The notes under the pieces: generated by a model
The model's database searches: none
What the model was told of the DNA's origin: nothing
Seen by the model: only the letters and a program-made list of their open reading frames with translations
Translations under genes and position numbers: made by a program
Source of the DNA: an uncultured cyanobacterium
Lineage (GTDB): Bacteria; Cyanobacteriota; Cyanobacteriia; Cyanobacteriales; Cyanobacteriaceae
DNA: 50,705 nt
Reading direction: 5' to 3'
NCBI GenBank assembly: GCA_963710605.1
Contig: CAVQBA010000003.1
Coordinates: 1-50,705 of the forward strand
Part shown: positions 30,711 to 40,337 of the stretch, one piece after another
Position numbering within the stretch: position 1 is the first letter of the stretch
How the letters are laid out: every line of letters begins with the position of its first letter

Positions 30711-33305
30711 ATGACATCTAGTCAAGAACGTATAGTACCGACAAACCTAACCAACGAAATGTCTCAATCATACTTAGAATACGCCATGAGCGTCATTGTA
30801 GGTAGAGCATTACCAGACGCTAGGGATGGATTAAAACCTGTCCATCGCCGTATTCTCTATGCGATGTATGAATTAGGTTTAACCGCCGATCGACCTTTCC
30901 GTAAATGTGCAAGGGTAGTCGGTGAAGTATTAGGTAAATATCACCCTCATGGTGACACCGCCGTTTATGACGCATTAGTCAGGATGGCTCAAGACTTTTC
31001 TATGCGTAACCCCCTCATTTCAGGGCATGGAAACTTTGGTAGTATCGATAACGATCCTCCAGCGGCGATGCGTTATACAGAATGCCGTTTACAAGCGTTA
31101 TCCTTCGATGGTTTGTTACGGGATATTGAAGCAGAAACCGTCGATTTTATCGATACCTTTGATGGTTCACAACAAGAGCCTGTAGTTCTACCCGCACGAG
31201 TACCGCAACTATTACTTAACGGTGCAACGGGTATCGCTGTTGGTATGGCAACCAATATTCCCCCGCACAACTTAGGGGAATTGATTGATGGCTCGATGGC
31301 AATGATTGCTAACCCTGAAATTACCGATCTAGAGTTGATGCAGTATATCCCCGCTCCTGATTTTCCTACAGGCGCGCAAATACTCGGTCGTCAAGGGGCA
31401 AAAGATGCCTACACCACAGGTAGAGGCTCTATTACCATGCGTGGAGTCGCCAATATCGAAACTGTTAAGGCGACAGGTAGGCAAGATAAAGAGGCTGTTA
31501 TTGTCACTGAGTTACCTTATCAAACTAATAAAGCGGCATTGATTGAAAAGATAGCCGAGTTGGTTAATGATAAAAAGATTGACGGTATCTCTGATATTCG
31601 GGATGAAAGCGATCGAACAGGGATGAGAATTGTCATCGAACTCAAAAGAGATGCTTATCCTCGTGTGGTGCTAAATAACCTCTATAAACAAACAGCAATC
31701 CAAAGTAATTTTGGGGCGAATATGTTGGCATTGGTTAATAACGAACCACAACTATTAACTATTCGTGAATTTTTACGAGTTTTCCTTGACTTCCGTATCG
31801 AGGCTATCACCAGACGGACTCAATACCTGAAAAGAAAAGCCGAAGAAAGAGATCATTTATTACAAGGATTGCTAATTGCCCTTGCTAATCTTGATGCAGT
31901 TATTCGTCTTATTCGTGGTGCGGCAGATAGTGCCTCAGCTAAAGAAGAGTTGATGACAGGTTTTGAATTATCGACAACTCAAGCCGATGCAATTTTACAA
32001 ATGCAGTTACGTCGTTTAACCGCTTTAGAAGCTGAGAAAATTGAAGCCGAACACCAAAGTTTAATCGCTCAAATTGAAGACTTAAACGATATTCTTGCTC
32101 GTCAAGAGCGTGTTTACGAAATCATTCAAGAAGAGTTACAAGTAATTAAAGCCACTCATGCAACACCTCGTCGTACCGAAATTGTACAAGGGGATGGAGA
32201 TTTAGTTGATTTAGATTTAATTGCTAATGAGCAAGTAGTTATTTTATTAACTCAGCAAGGTTACTTGAAGAAAATGTTGGTTAATACCTTTGAAGCTCAA
32301 AACAGAGCGACTAGAGGTAAATCGGGAGCGAAGATTAAAGATAACGATCTCGTTGCCCATTTTTTGACAGGATGTGAACATGATACGGTACTGTTTTTTA
32401 GCGATCGAGGTGTTGTCTATGCCTTAAATGCTTATCAAATCCCATCAAGCTCTCGTACTGCTAGGGGTGTACCTATTATTCAGTTATTACCAATCTCTGC
32501 TGACGAAAAAATTACTTCGATCGTACCTGTTAGTGAATTTAACGAACAAGAGTACTTAGTAATGTTAACCAAAAAAGGTTTCATTAAAAAAACGACTCTT
32601 TATGCTTTCCGTAATATCCGTAGTAATGGTTTGATTGCTATTTCCTTAGCTGAAAAAGATCAACTTAGATGGGTGAGACTAGCCACTCCTGAAGATAGTA
32701 TCTTAATTGGTTCTAGAAAAGGTATGTCAATTCATTTTTATGCTGATAATAACCAGTTACGTCCTTTAGGAAGAACCGCTAAAGGGGTAAAATCAATGAA
32801 GTTACGTAAAGGTGATGAGATTATTAGTATGGATATTTTACCATCACAAATTGTCGCTAATATCGCCACCGAAGAAGAAGTCTTAAATGATGAGATTGTT
32901 GATGTCGGGGAAGAAGAAGAGTTAAGCAATGATACTAGTAAGGATGCACCTTGGGCTTTAGCTGTAACTACAGGCGGTTATGGTAAAAGAGTACCTGTTT
33001 CTCAATTCCGTTTACAAAGACGGGCAGGAATCGGTGTTAAGGTAATTCGTTTCCGTAAAACCACAGAGGAGTTAGCTTCTTTAAGGATTGTCAATGCTGA
33101 TGATGAGTTTATGATTATTACTACTCGTGGAATTATCGTCCGTTGTGATGTCAATGCTGTTTCTTTACAGTCTCGTAATGCCAGTGGTGTGACGATTCAA
33201 AGATTAGATAAAGATGATGCGATCGCAACTATTGCTTTAGTACCTCCTTCTCCTGAAGAAGTGCTTGAGGAATTAGAAGATTCAGATTCAGATTCAGATT
33301 CATAA
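30711..33305 (+). CDS. gyrA: DNA gyrase subunit A
   Basis: [29 protein letters not shown] active site, GyrA-box variant QNRATRG, acidic tail. Confidence 0.97.
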   Translation: MTSSQERIVPTNLTNEMSQSYLEYAMSVIVGRALPDARDGLKPVHRRILYAMYELGLTADRPFRKCARVVGEVLGKYHPHGDTAVYDALVRMAQDFSMRNPLISGHGNFGSIDNDPPAAMRYTECRLQALSFDGLLRDIEAETVDFIDTFDGSQQEPVVLPARVPQLLLNGATGIAVGMATNIPPHNLGELIDGSMAMIANPEITDLELMQYIPAPDFPTGAQILGRQGAKDAYTTGRGSITMRGVANIETVKATGRQDKEAVIVTELPYQTNKAALIEKIAELVNDKKIDGISDIRDESDRTGMRIVIELKRDAYPRVVLNNLYKQTAIQSNFGANMLALVNNEPQLLTIREFLRVFLDFRIEAITRRTQYLKRKAEERDHLLQGLLIALANLDAVIRLIRGAADSASAKEELMTGFELSTTQADAILQMQLRRLTALEAEKIEAEHQSLIAQIEDLNDILARQERVYEIIQEELQVIKATHATPRRTEIVQGDGDLVDLDLIANEQVVILLTQQGYLKKMLVNTFEAQNRATRGKSGAKIKDNDLVAHFLTGCEHDTVLFFSDRGVVYALNAYQIPSSSRTARGVPIIQLLPISADEKITSIVPVSEFNEQEYLVMLTKKGFIKKTTLYAFRNIRSNGLIAISLAEKDQLRWVRLATPEDSILIGSRKGMSIHFYADNNQLRPLGRTAKGVKSMKLRKGDEIISMDILPSQIVANIATEEEVLNDEIVDVGEEEELSNDTSKDAPWALAVTTGGYGKRVPVSQFRLQRRAGIGVKVIRFRKTTEELASLRIVNADDEFMIITTRGIIVRCDVNAVSLQSRNASGVTIQRLDKDDAIATIALVPPSPEEVLEELEDSDSDSDS

Positions 33306-33321
33306 AGGAAAATAAAATATA

Positions 33322-33364
33322 GTCATGACAATGGTGGGTAATATTTACTCATTGTTATCATGAC
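33322..33364 (+). terminator. Hairpin downstream of gyrA
   Basis: GTCATGACAATGGTGGGTAA / TTACTCATTGTTATCATGAC imperfect inverted repeat. Confidence 0.45.
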
Positions 33365-33512
33365 AACAACCGTGAGTAGAAATAGAATATTTAGATTAGA
33401 ATCAGTGTAAAGAGCAGTTTGAGATAAAATAGAAGTTAAATTAACCCAACGACAAAAATTAAGAAAAAAGGGTCAATATTTCTTTTAAATAACTATTAAT
33501 TACTAACCATCA

Positions 33513-34178
33513 ATGTTTCTTCAACCTCATCAAAGAGCAAAAATAGATACCAATGAAGATAATCTATTTTATTCTTCACCACGTTTTGTAACTCATGTAG
33601 ATGACAATTTTATTAAACAATTGACCGAATTATATCGTCAAAAAATACCACATCAAGGTAGAGTGCTGGATTTGATGAGTAGTTGGGTTTCGCATTTACC
33701 ACCAGAGATTGAATATAGTCATGTAGAAGGGCAAGGAATGAATGAGGAAGAATTAGCGAAAAATCCTCGCCTAGATAATTATGTGGTACAAAACTTGAAT
33801 GCTAATCCTAAGTTACCTTTTGCTGATGCTGATTTTGATGCAGTATTATGTGCTGTTTCGGTGCAATATTTAGAATATCCTGAAGCGATTTTTAGCGAAA
33901 TAGCAAGAGTTTTAAAACCGAATGGAGTAGCAATTATTAGTTTTTCTAATCGTATGTTTTACCAAAAAGCGATTACCGCATGGCGAGATGCAACTGATAG
34001 ACAACGAATCTATTTAGTTAAATCTTATTTTCAATCAATTGCTCAATTTTTTGATCCACCTGAAGTAGTTATCACTGAAGCAAAATCACCTTCTTTTTTA
34101 CAAATGGTAGGTATTGGTGGACAAGATCCATTTTATGCTGTCTTTGCTCATAAAAAAGAATCTGATAATAATAATTAA
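33513..34178 (+). CDS. Class I SAM-dependent methyltransferase (type 11)
   Basis: FY..PRFVTHVDD, VLDLMSSWVSHLP, LPF.D..FDAV, RVLKPNG. Confidence 0.88.
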   Translation: MFLQPHQRAKIDTNEDNLFYSSPRFVTHVDDNFIKQLTELYRQKIPHQGRVLDLMSSWVSHLPPEIEYSHVEGQGMNEEELAKNPRLDNYVVQNLNANPKLPFADADFDAVLCAVSVQYLEYPEAIFSEIARVLKPNGVAIISFSNRMFYQKAITAWRDATDRQRIYLVKSYFQSIAQFFDPPEVVITEAKSPSFLQMVGIGGQDPFYAVFAHKKESDNNN

Positions 34179-34232
34179 TAATTAACAATTATAGTTATTC
34201 TAATTAATTTCCAACCACCACAAAAATGATGG

Positions 34233-34261
34233 GTAGGGACGTTATATTATAACGTCCCTAC
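34233..34261. repeat. Perfect GTAG-type REP palindrome between convergent genes
   Basis: GTAGGGACGTTATA-T-TATAACGTCCCTAC (14-bp arms). Confidence 0.75.
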
Positions 34262-34324
34262 ATTAAAATACAAAGATTATAGTTTAAAATAACGATCGAT
34301 TTCATCCATTTAACTAATTAATCC

Positions 34325-35698
34325 TTAATCCAAAGTGCGACAAGCAACACATTGAGTTAATCTTTGTTGTAAAGAATTAAAAGGAATACGACTAAGAATC
34401 TCGGCGGCGAAAGCATCTAATAAAAGATGAGTTGCATCATATTCATTCAAACCACGACTACGAAGATAAAAAATTTCATCCGCAGATAACTGACTAACTG
34501 TCGCCCCGTGAGTACATTTAACATTATCAGCAGTAATTTGTAACTCAGGTTTTGTATTGATACGGGCTTTAGGAGATAACAACAAGTTACGGTTAAGTTG
34601 TGCCGCATTAGTCATTTGAGCAAATCGAGGTACATTTACTTTACCATTAAATACCCCACGACCAGAACCATCAATAATATATTTATGAAGTTGATCTACT
34701 TTACCATGAGGTTTAGTTAAATTAACCTGACTATGAGTATCAGCTTGTTGTCTGCCTTGAAGCATCGTTAAACCGTTTAAATTAGTCTGGGTTTGCTCAC
34801 CATGTTGATGAATATGTAAATTATGACGATATAATTTACCACCTAAACTTATTTCATTAATAGTATAACGACTATCACTAGCTTGATGTACAGAAGTTTT
34901 AGCTAAATGAAAACCATCACCAGATTCTCTTTGAATACGGCTATGATTGACTTGTGCGTTTTCGGCTAAATGAATTTCGGTGACGACATTATTAGTATAA
35001 CTTTGTCTGCCGACAGAATCTGAGCAACCTGTAGTTATTGCACCATAATATTCCACAAACTCGATTTGCGAATTAGCTTCAGCGACAACTAAGATACGAG
35101 GTTGTGTCCAAATCGCTTCATTTTCAGTTAAGGTTAAATGTAATAAATGAATTGGGGTGGTAATTTCTTGATTAGCTTTTACCCAAACTACAAAAGCATC
35201 ATTAATACCTGAAGTATTTAAAACTGTAAAAACTTCGTTTTCTGGCTCATTAACTGCTAAATATTGACTAAGTTGAGGTATTTTAGCTTGATCAATATTT
35301 TTTAAGTTACCGACATAAATATCATCAGCTAAAGCCGATACATCAGATAAATCAGCGTTGTAGTTACCATTAACAAATACCAAACGAGAGTTATCGGCTT
35401 CTGGTAAAACAAATTGCCCTAAGACAGAATTATCGACTTGTTTAGTATCAGTATTTACCCAATCTTGTTTTTGTAATTGAGATAAATCGAGAAAACGCCA
35501 GTCTTCTTCCTTGGTGGTAGGGATATTTAATCTAACTACTTGATTAGAAGCTTGACGACGAATTTCGCTAATTACCTCTTTGATTGAATCATCAAGATTA
35601 ATCGGTTTTTGTTGGGCTAATTGTAATAAACCTGCGAGATAAGCATCTTGGTTAAGATTTATGGTATTCGGGTTGAGAGTTGCGATCGAATCAGACAT
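34325..35698 (-). CDS. sufD: Fe-S cluster assembly protein SufD
   Basis: EDWRF, RLVFVNG, GVFNGKV, KPELQITADNVKCTHGAT, FYLRSRG; downstream of sufC. Confidence 0.94.
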   Translation of the reverse strand: MSDSIATLNPNTINLNQDAYLAGLLQLAQQKPINLDDSIKEVISEIRRQASNQVVRLNIPTTKEEDWRFLDLSQLQKQDWVNTDTKQVDNSVLGQFVLPEADNSRLVFVNGNYNADLSDVSALADDIYVGNLKNIDQAKIPQLSQYLAVNEPENEVFTVLNTSGINDAFVVWVKANQEITTPIHLLHLTLTENEAIWTQPRILVVAEANSQIEFVEYYGAITTGCSDSVGRQSYTNNVVTEIHLAENAQVNHSRIQRESGDGFHLAKTSVHQASDSRYTINEISLGGKLYRHNLHIHQHGEQTQTNLNGLTMLQGRQQADTHSQVNLTKPHGKVDQLHKYIIDGSGRGVFNGKVNVPRFAQMTNAAQLNRNLLLSPKARINTKPELQITADNVKCTHGATVSQLSADEIFYLRSRGLNEYDATHLLLDAFAAEILSRIPFNSLQQRLTQCVACRTLD

Positions 35699-35716
35699 AA
35701 TTTTAATAATGAGTCA

Positions 35717-35840
35717 AAAGGGCAAAGGGCAAGGGGCAAAGGGCAAAGGTTATTTTGAAAGTAGCTTGAAAATACCATCAAAATTAATAACGCCTATCAA
35801 AGGAGTATCCCCCCCATCCCCCCTTATCGAAGGGGGGAGA
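35717..35840. repeat. AAAGGGC heptamers and a CCCCCTT/AAGGGGG hairpin repeat between sufC and sufD
   Basis: Heptamers at 35717-35749; hairpin at 35808-35840 belongs to the family seen at 4101, 42301, 43316 and 46130. Confidence 0.7.
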
Positions 35841-35900
35841 TTCGGGGTTTTATACCCTTGATTTTTCGATAATTAATAATGAATAATTAATAATTAGAAG

Positions 35901-36671
35901 TTAAACTGAGGCAAATTCTTCGGTTTCGAGGAAGTCGTAGCCTTTTTCTTCTAACTCTAAAGCCAATTCTTTATCTCCACTCATGACGATTTTTCCTTGA
36001 TACATAACATGGATAAAATCAGGAGTGATGTAGTTAAGTAAACGTTGATAGTGAGTGATGAGTAAAAAGGCATTTTGGGGGTTACGTAATTGGTTAACTC
36101 CTTCAGAGACAATTCTGAGTGCATCAATATCTAAACCCGAATCAATTTCGTCTAAAATACCTAAGGTAGGCTCAAGTAAAGCCATTTGTAAGATTTCGTT
36201 ACGCTTTTTCTCACCACCAGAGAAACCTTCATTTAAACTTCTAGCCAAAAAAGCAGAATCCATTTTAACCACATCAAGTTTTTCTTCAACTAAATCTTCA
36301 AAATCAAACGCATCTAATTCTTCTAAACCCAAATGCTTACGACGGGCATTATAAGCTACTCTCAAAAAATCTAAATTACTGACACCCGGTATTTCTAAAG
36401 GATATTGAAACGCTAAGAAAATACCGGCTAACGCTCTTTCTTCTGGCTCTTTTTCTAGTAAATTTTCGCCTTGATAAATTATTTCTCCACTGGTAACTTC
36501 ATAGTCTGGATGCCCTGTCAACACCTTAGACAAGGTACTTTTTCCCGAACCATTACGCCCCATAATAGCATGGACTTCTCCTGCTTTAATTTCTAGGTTA
36601 ACTCCTTTAAGGATAGGTGTTCCATCTACACTAGCATTTAAGTTACGAACAGATAATATAGGTTGATTCAT
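35901..36671 (-). CDS. sufC: Fe-S cluster assembly ATPase SufC
   Basis: [49 protein letters not shown]. Confidence 0.96.
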   Translation of the reverse strand: MNQPILSVRNLNASVDGTPILKGVNLEIKAGEVHAIMGRNGSGKSTLSKVLTGHPDYEVTSGEIIYQGENLLEKEPEERALAGIFLAFQYPLEIPGVSNLDFLRVAYNARRKHLGLEELDAFDFEDLVEEKLDVVKMDSAFLARSLNEGFSGGEKKRNEILQMALLEPTLGILDEIDSGLDIDALRIVSEGVNQLRNPQNAFLLITHYQRLLNYITPDFIHVMYQGKIVMSGDKELALELEEKGYDFLETEEFASV

Positions 36672-36763
36672 AGTAATTAATATATTAGTATCTCTAACTG
36701 TCTTAAGAGTTGGCTTAATTTTTATTTGTATTTACCAATTATCTATTTTAACTGGTACTTTAG

Positions 36764-36777
36764 CAACATTTTTGTTG
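36764..36777. promoter_or_regulatory. SufR operator-like palindrome
   Basis: CAAC-ATTTTT-GTTG matches the cyanobacterial SufR consensus CAAC-N6-GTTG, about 93 nt upstream of sufC. Confidence 0.7.
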
Positions 36778-36902
36778 TTTAATCCCGTCTTTTAGCTAAA
36801 AATGCTTGAGATACTTAGCCTCGCTACATCCAGATTAAAGGGTTAGGAGTTAATTTAAGCTCATCACTTTCATCCTTTTTTTTCATTATCAATTGTTTGA
36901 CC

Positions 36903-36931
36903 TTGCATTTTAAAAATACATTAGCTATAAT
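36903..36931 (+). promoter_or_regulatory. Sigma70-type promoter of tRNA-Leu
   Basis: TTGCAT-N17-TATAAT. Confidence 0.7.
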
Positions 36932-36958
36932 AGATGACTGTGAGCAATTCACTCCCTT

Positions 36959-37265
36959 GGGGGTGTGGCGGAATGGTAGACGCGAGGGACTTAAGTAAAT
37001 TGAGCCTTGTAGAGGAAACTTTATAAGTGTCTGTTCTCAAATTCAGGGAAACCTAAATCAGTATAACTGATAAGGCAATCCTGAGCCAAGCTGAGTAATT
37101 CAGAAGGTGCAGAGACTCGACGGGAACTACCCTAACAGATTAAGCTGAGGGTAAAGAGAGAGTCCAATTCTTAAAACTCGATGTGTTGAGCAGTAATGAA
37201 AGTTACGGAAGGATGAAAATCCCTTGATCGTAATGGTCGTAAGAGTTCAAGTCTCTTCACCCCCA
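36959..37265 (+). tRNA. trnL: tRNA-Leu(UAA), intron-containing
   Basis: Exons 36959-36992 and 37216-37265; acceptor stem GGGGGTG/CACCCCC-A, anticodon stem AGGGA/TCCCT, T-loop GTTCAAGT, long variable arm. Confidence 0.96.
36993..37215 (+). ncRNA. Group I self-splicing intron (trnL-UAA, IC3 type)
   Basis: Inserted U^AA in the anticodon; core blocks AAATTCAGGGAAACCT, GGCAATCCTGAGCCAA, GTGCAGAGACTCGACGG, GAGAGAGTCC; terminal G. Confidence 0.95.
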
Positions 37266-37269
37266 TAAG

Positions 37270-37310
37270 AAAAAAAGCCTGTAAGCGTAAAAGTTTACGG
37301 GTTTTTTGTT
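37270..37310 (+). terminator. Rho-independent terminator after tRNA-Leu
   Basis: A-tract, GCCTGTAAGC/GTTTACGGGT stem, T-tract. Confidence 0.8.
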
Positions 37311-37438
37311 TGGTTATATAAAGAGAAAAATCGATCGAATAGTAGTCTTATTTCAAAAAAAAGTGTTTTAATGAAATAAGCCCAAGAAAACTTACTCTTA
37401 TTTCAATTTGATGCAATTAACAACAAACTTTACATTTG

Positions 37439-37624
37439 ATGAAAATGCGTGCAGGTTATTATCAAGAACAACTAGAAGGTTATAAAGCTTTTATTCCAGT
37501 AGATTTACCTCCTTATCCTCCAATTAAAATGGATGGTGAATTAGTTACTTTACTATCTAATGCCGATCGTTGTTTGGGTAGATTAGATGGAGCAACAATT
37601 AAGGTTATTAATGTTAATAAATAA
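37439..37624 (+). pseudogene. Fic/DOC family protein, N-terminal stub only
   Basis: RAGYY..QLEGYKAFIP.DLPP.PP....EL..LLS.ADR.LGRLDG is a typical Fic N-terminus; no HPFxDGNGR core follows. Confidence 0.78.
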
Positions 37625-37631
37625 TCTTTAT

Positions 37632-37698
37632 TAAGCCATCAATCAAGATTTTCTTGTTGTAGTGGAGTAGAGTTATCAATGGTTTTGATTTCGTAGCT
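37632..37698 (-). pseudogene. Displaced, diverged copy of the 3' end of the M61 peptidase gene
   Basis: 53/67 nt identical, ungapped, to 40349-40415; reads SYEIKTIDNSTPLQQENLD*WL versus SYEIKIIDNPTPQQQENFDKWL. Confidence 0.88.
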
Positions 37699-37732
37699 TA
37701 GGTTGAGTATTTTATTCGTGGTATTACATCGA

Positions 37733-38788
37733 TTAAAACTCAGTTAGTATTGATGATATTTTTTCTTTTATTTTATCTAATTCAGTTTCCTGTGTCTGAA
37801 TCCAATCTTTTTCTATTTTATTTTGAGAATCTAATTCACTTTGGTATCTGTTTTGACTTTGAAGAAATTGATTGTAGAAATTGATTGTTTCCTCAACAGC
37901 TTTAATCGCTATATCTGCCTTTTGAGAAATAATATCTTTGATTAAGTTTTGAGTTACATTTTCTACTTCAGTATGAAAGTTATCGAGATCTTTTATATTC
38001 ATATTCAGTTTAAACTTTTTGGCTATACTAGCTTGTTTATTAATATTACTCAAAATCACTTTCTGACTTAAAGTTGTCTTATAATCATTAGAATATTTAT
38101 TGGGCAAATATTCTGTAGGACTATCAAAATGCTTTTTTAAATTATTTTGAATTAACTCGCTCTTTTCTTGCCATTGTGACTTATAGTCTAAATCTAAACT
38201 ATCTAGACAATGAGTAAAAATATCAGAATAAAACAAATTTACTTCTTGAAAAATCAACTGTAGTTTTTCTGTCAACTGCTTTTTAAGTTGAATAGCTAAC
38301 TGAGTAATATTTTTATCTGATGGAGTAAAAAAAGAATCTGTTTCAAAAAGGTTAAGATTTTCTTTTTTAAACTTGTTATTACTCTTATCCCATTGAAAAC
38401 ATTTGCGTTTTAATTGTTGATATTGTTCTCGCCATGAATCTACTACAATTTCTATATTTATTTCATTTTTAATAATTGTTTGTAGTTTATTAATTCTGGT
38501 CGATTTACCCGTTAAATTACCTAATTCTTCGATAATTTCTAATCTATCCACATCGCAAATCTTAATTTTGCTTTCACAAATGTTTTTTCCTTCTGCTAAA
38601 GTTTGATAACAAGGATTAAGCAAATCTTGTAATCGTGATAAAGCTGTCTTCATTTCTAACAAGCAAGGCTCGATATTTTGCTCTAATTTATTAGCTGTCA
38701 GATTAAGTTCGACAGAAGTATCTTCAATTGCGTTTATCTTTTCAATTTGATTTTCTATCTCGTTAAAAGAATTTAAATAATCTCTCAT
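37733..38788 (-). CDS. Coiled-coil protein resembling the C-terminal helical region of cyanobacterial dynamin-like proteins (no GTPase domain)
   Basis: All-helical composition; tail FYNQFLQSQNRYQSE...EKDWIQTQ is recalled from cyanobacterial dynamin-family C-termini; no P-loop. Confidence 0.5.
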   Translation of the reverse strand: MRDYLNSFNEIENQIEKINAIEDTSVELNLTANKLEQNIEPCLLEMKTALSRLQDLLNPCYQTLAEGKNICESKIKICDVDRLEIIEELGNLTGKSTRINKLQTIIKNEINIEIVVDSWREQYQQLKRKCFQWDKSNNKFKKENLNLFETDSFFTPSDKNITQLAIQLKKQLTEKLQLIFQEVNLFYSDIFTHCLDSLDLDYKSQWQEKSELIQNNLKKHFDSPTEYLPNKYSNDYKTTLSQKVILSNINKQASIAKKFKLNMNIKDLDNFHTEVENVTQNLIKDIISQKADIAIKAVEETINFYNQFLQSQNRYQSELDSQNKIEKDWIQTQETELDKIKEKISSILTEF

Positions 38789-38989
38789 TTTAAAACAATG
38801 GTTTACTTTCAATAAAATAGTTAATCAATATTTGAATGTTGAATATGGATAAATATAGACAAATTAAATTGAATAACTTTAGTCATTATTCTAAAACTAA
38901 ATTATGTAGTCTTAATTGACCATTTTAGTAAGAAAAATACTTTTGATATATGATAATGTATTAATAGAAATAAGTAAAGTACTTTTATC

Positions 38990-40237
38990 ATGCAATTTGT
39001 TTTCCCTTTAGCTATTCAACAAGGTATTAATTCTGGTGTTTATAAAACAGTGATTAGTAATGCAGGAGTACCCTTAGGTATAGCGAGAAATGCAGTAACA
39101 GGACAATTTGTCGGTCATGCAGTACAAGCCGTAGCAACTCCTTTTTTAAGTATAAGCTCTTTACTTACAGGAGGATTAAGTTTGTTAGGAGACGGTATAT
39201 TAGGTTTTCAAATGAATAGGGGATTTCAAAAAACATATGAGAGGCTAAATCAAGTACAAAACAGTTTGGGTGTTTTACAAGCTACGACTTCATTAATTGG
39301 GGTAACTTCTGTTGCAGGAGTTGCATTATCTGCGGTAAATTTACATCAAACCTTAAAATTAAAAAAAGAAGTAGAAGAATTAAAATATCAAGTTAAAGAT
39401 GGATTTATTCAAGTTTTAGAAGAAGTTAGGTATATCCCCGATACCATCAAGTTTGACAATCACCGCACTATTTTAATGATGGCTTATGGGGAATTTATTC
39501 AAGCAACCAAATTAATAAAGTTGGCTTTAAGTACAGAAAATAAAAACGCTAGATATAGCACTTTAAGTAATGCTCAGTTGCATCTAAGTAACGCTAATAA
39601 CGCTTATAGTAAACCTGAATTGTTTGAGGCTACCACCGCCGCTGCTCAATTGCGCCGTTTAGAATGTGCATGGATGATTGAACAAACTCAAGCTATCAAT
39701 TTTCAATTAATGAATGCTCCAGAATCTGCTAGTCATTGTCTTCACGAGTTGCAACAACAAATACAAACTCAGTTTCTAGAGTTAATTGACGGTTGTAGTT
39801 GTGAAGAAGAATTAGCTTTTCTTTACCCTGAGATTACTCGAATTCAGACTCAAGATATACCTATTTTCGACACATGGAAGAATCAAATTGATTATGTGCA
39901 ACAACTTAGTGTTTTAGAGAAAGAAGAAATAAATAATTTAGCGAGTAATACTGATTCTGTAGAAGAAATGGTAACTGAAGAATTCGATTTAAACTCACTG
40001 CCTATTGAAGTTAATCAATATTGCCAATCAGAGCAACTATCCCATTACGAATCTCTTCTAGATCAATTAAGATATACTGTTAATACTAATATTCGTCAAG
40101 ATCATTTAGACTACATTAAAGATAAAGCTGTCTCTACTAATCTTCAAGGAATTGTTCCCGTAAATTTAGAACAAGTTTCCGATTTAACGATCGCTAATAT
40201 CTATAATTACTTAAAAACCCAAAAATCATCTGTTTAA
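38990..40237 (+). CDS. Hypothetical cyanobacterial protein with Gly/Ala-rich hydrophobic segments and a helical C-domain
   Basis: 415-aa ORF; GVPLGIARNAVTGQFVGHA and LGVLQATTSLIGVTSVAGVALSAVNL segments followed by a coiled coil. Confidence 0.75.
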   Translation: MQFVFPLAIQQGINSGVYKTVISNAGVPLGIARNAVTGQFVGHAVQAVATPFLSISSLLTGGLSLLGDGILGFQMNRGFQKTYERLNQVQNSLGVLQATTSLIGVTSVAGVALSAVNLHQTLKLKKEVEELKYQVKDGFIQVLEEVRYIPDTIKFDNHRTILMMAYGEFIQATKLIKLALSTENKNARYSTLSNAQLHLSNANNAYSKPELFEATTAAAQLRRLECAWMIEQTQAINFQLMNAPESASHCLHELQQQIQTQFLELIDGCSCEEELAFLYPEITRIQTQDIPIFDTWKNQIDYVQQLSVLEKEEINNLASNTDSVEEMVTEEFDLNSLPIEVNQYCQSEQLSHYESLLDQLRYTVNTNIRQDHLDYIKDKAVSTNLQGIVPVNLEQVSDLTIANIYNYLKTQKSSV

Positions 40238-40337
40238 TATCACTTTAATTATTAAGTTAATTTTTAGGTATGATACTTCGCCCGACAAAACAAGTCAAAG
40301 CGTAAGCATCAAAGATTAATAATATTTATTGAAGTAG

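Noticed and set aside
35661-35861. 66-aa ORF containing KGKGQGAKGKG
   Set aside because: It is the translation of AAAGGGC heptamers and the GC hairpin, antisense to the suf genes.
36959-40337. tRNA-Leu-targeted integrative island
   Set aside because: No duplicated tRNA 3' end and no integrase seen; the boundary evidence points to the M61 gene instead.
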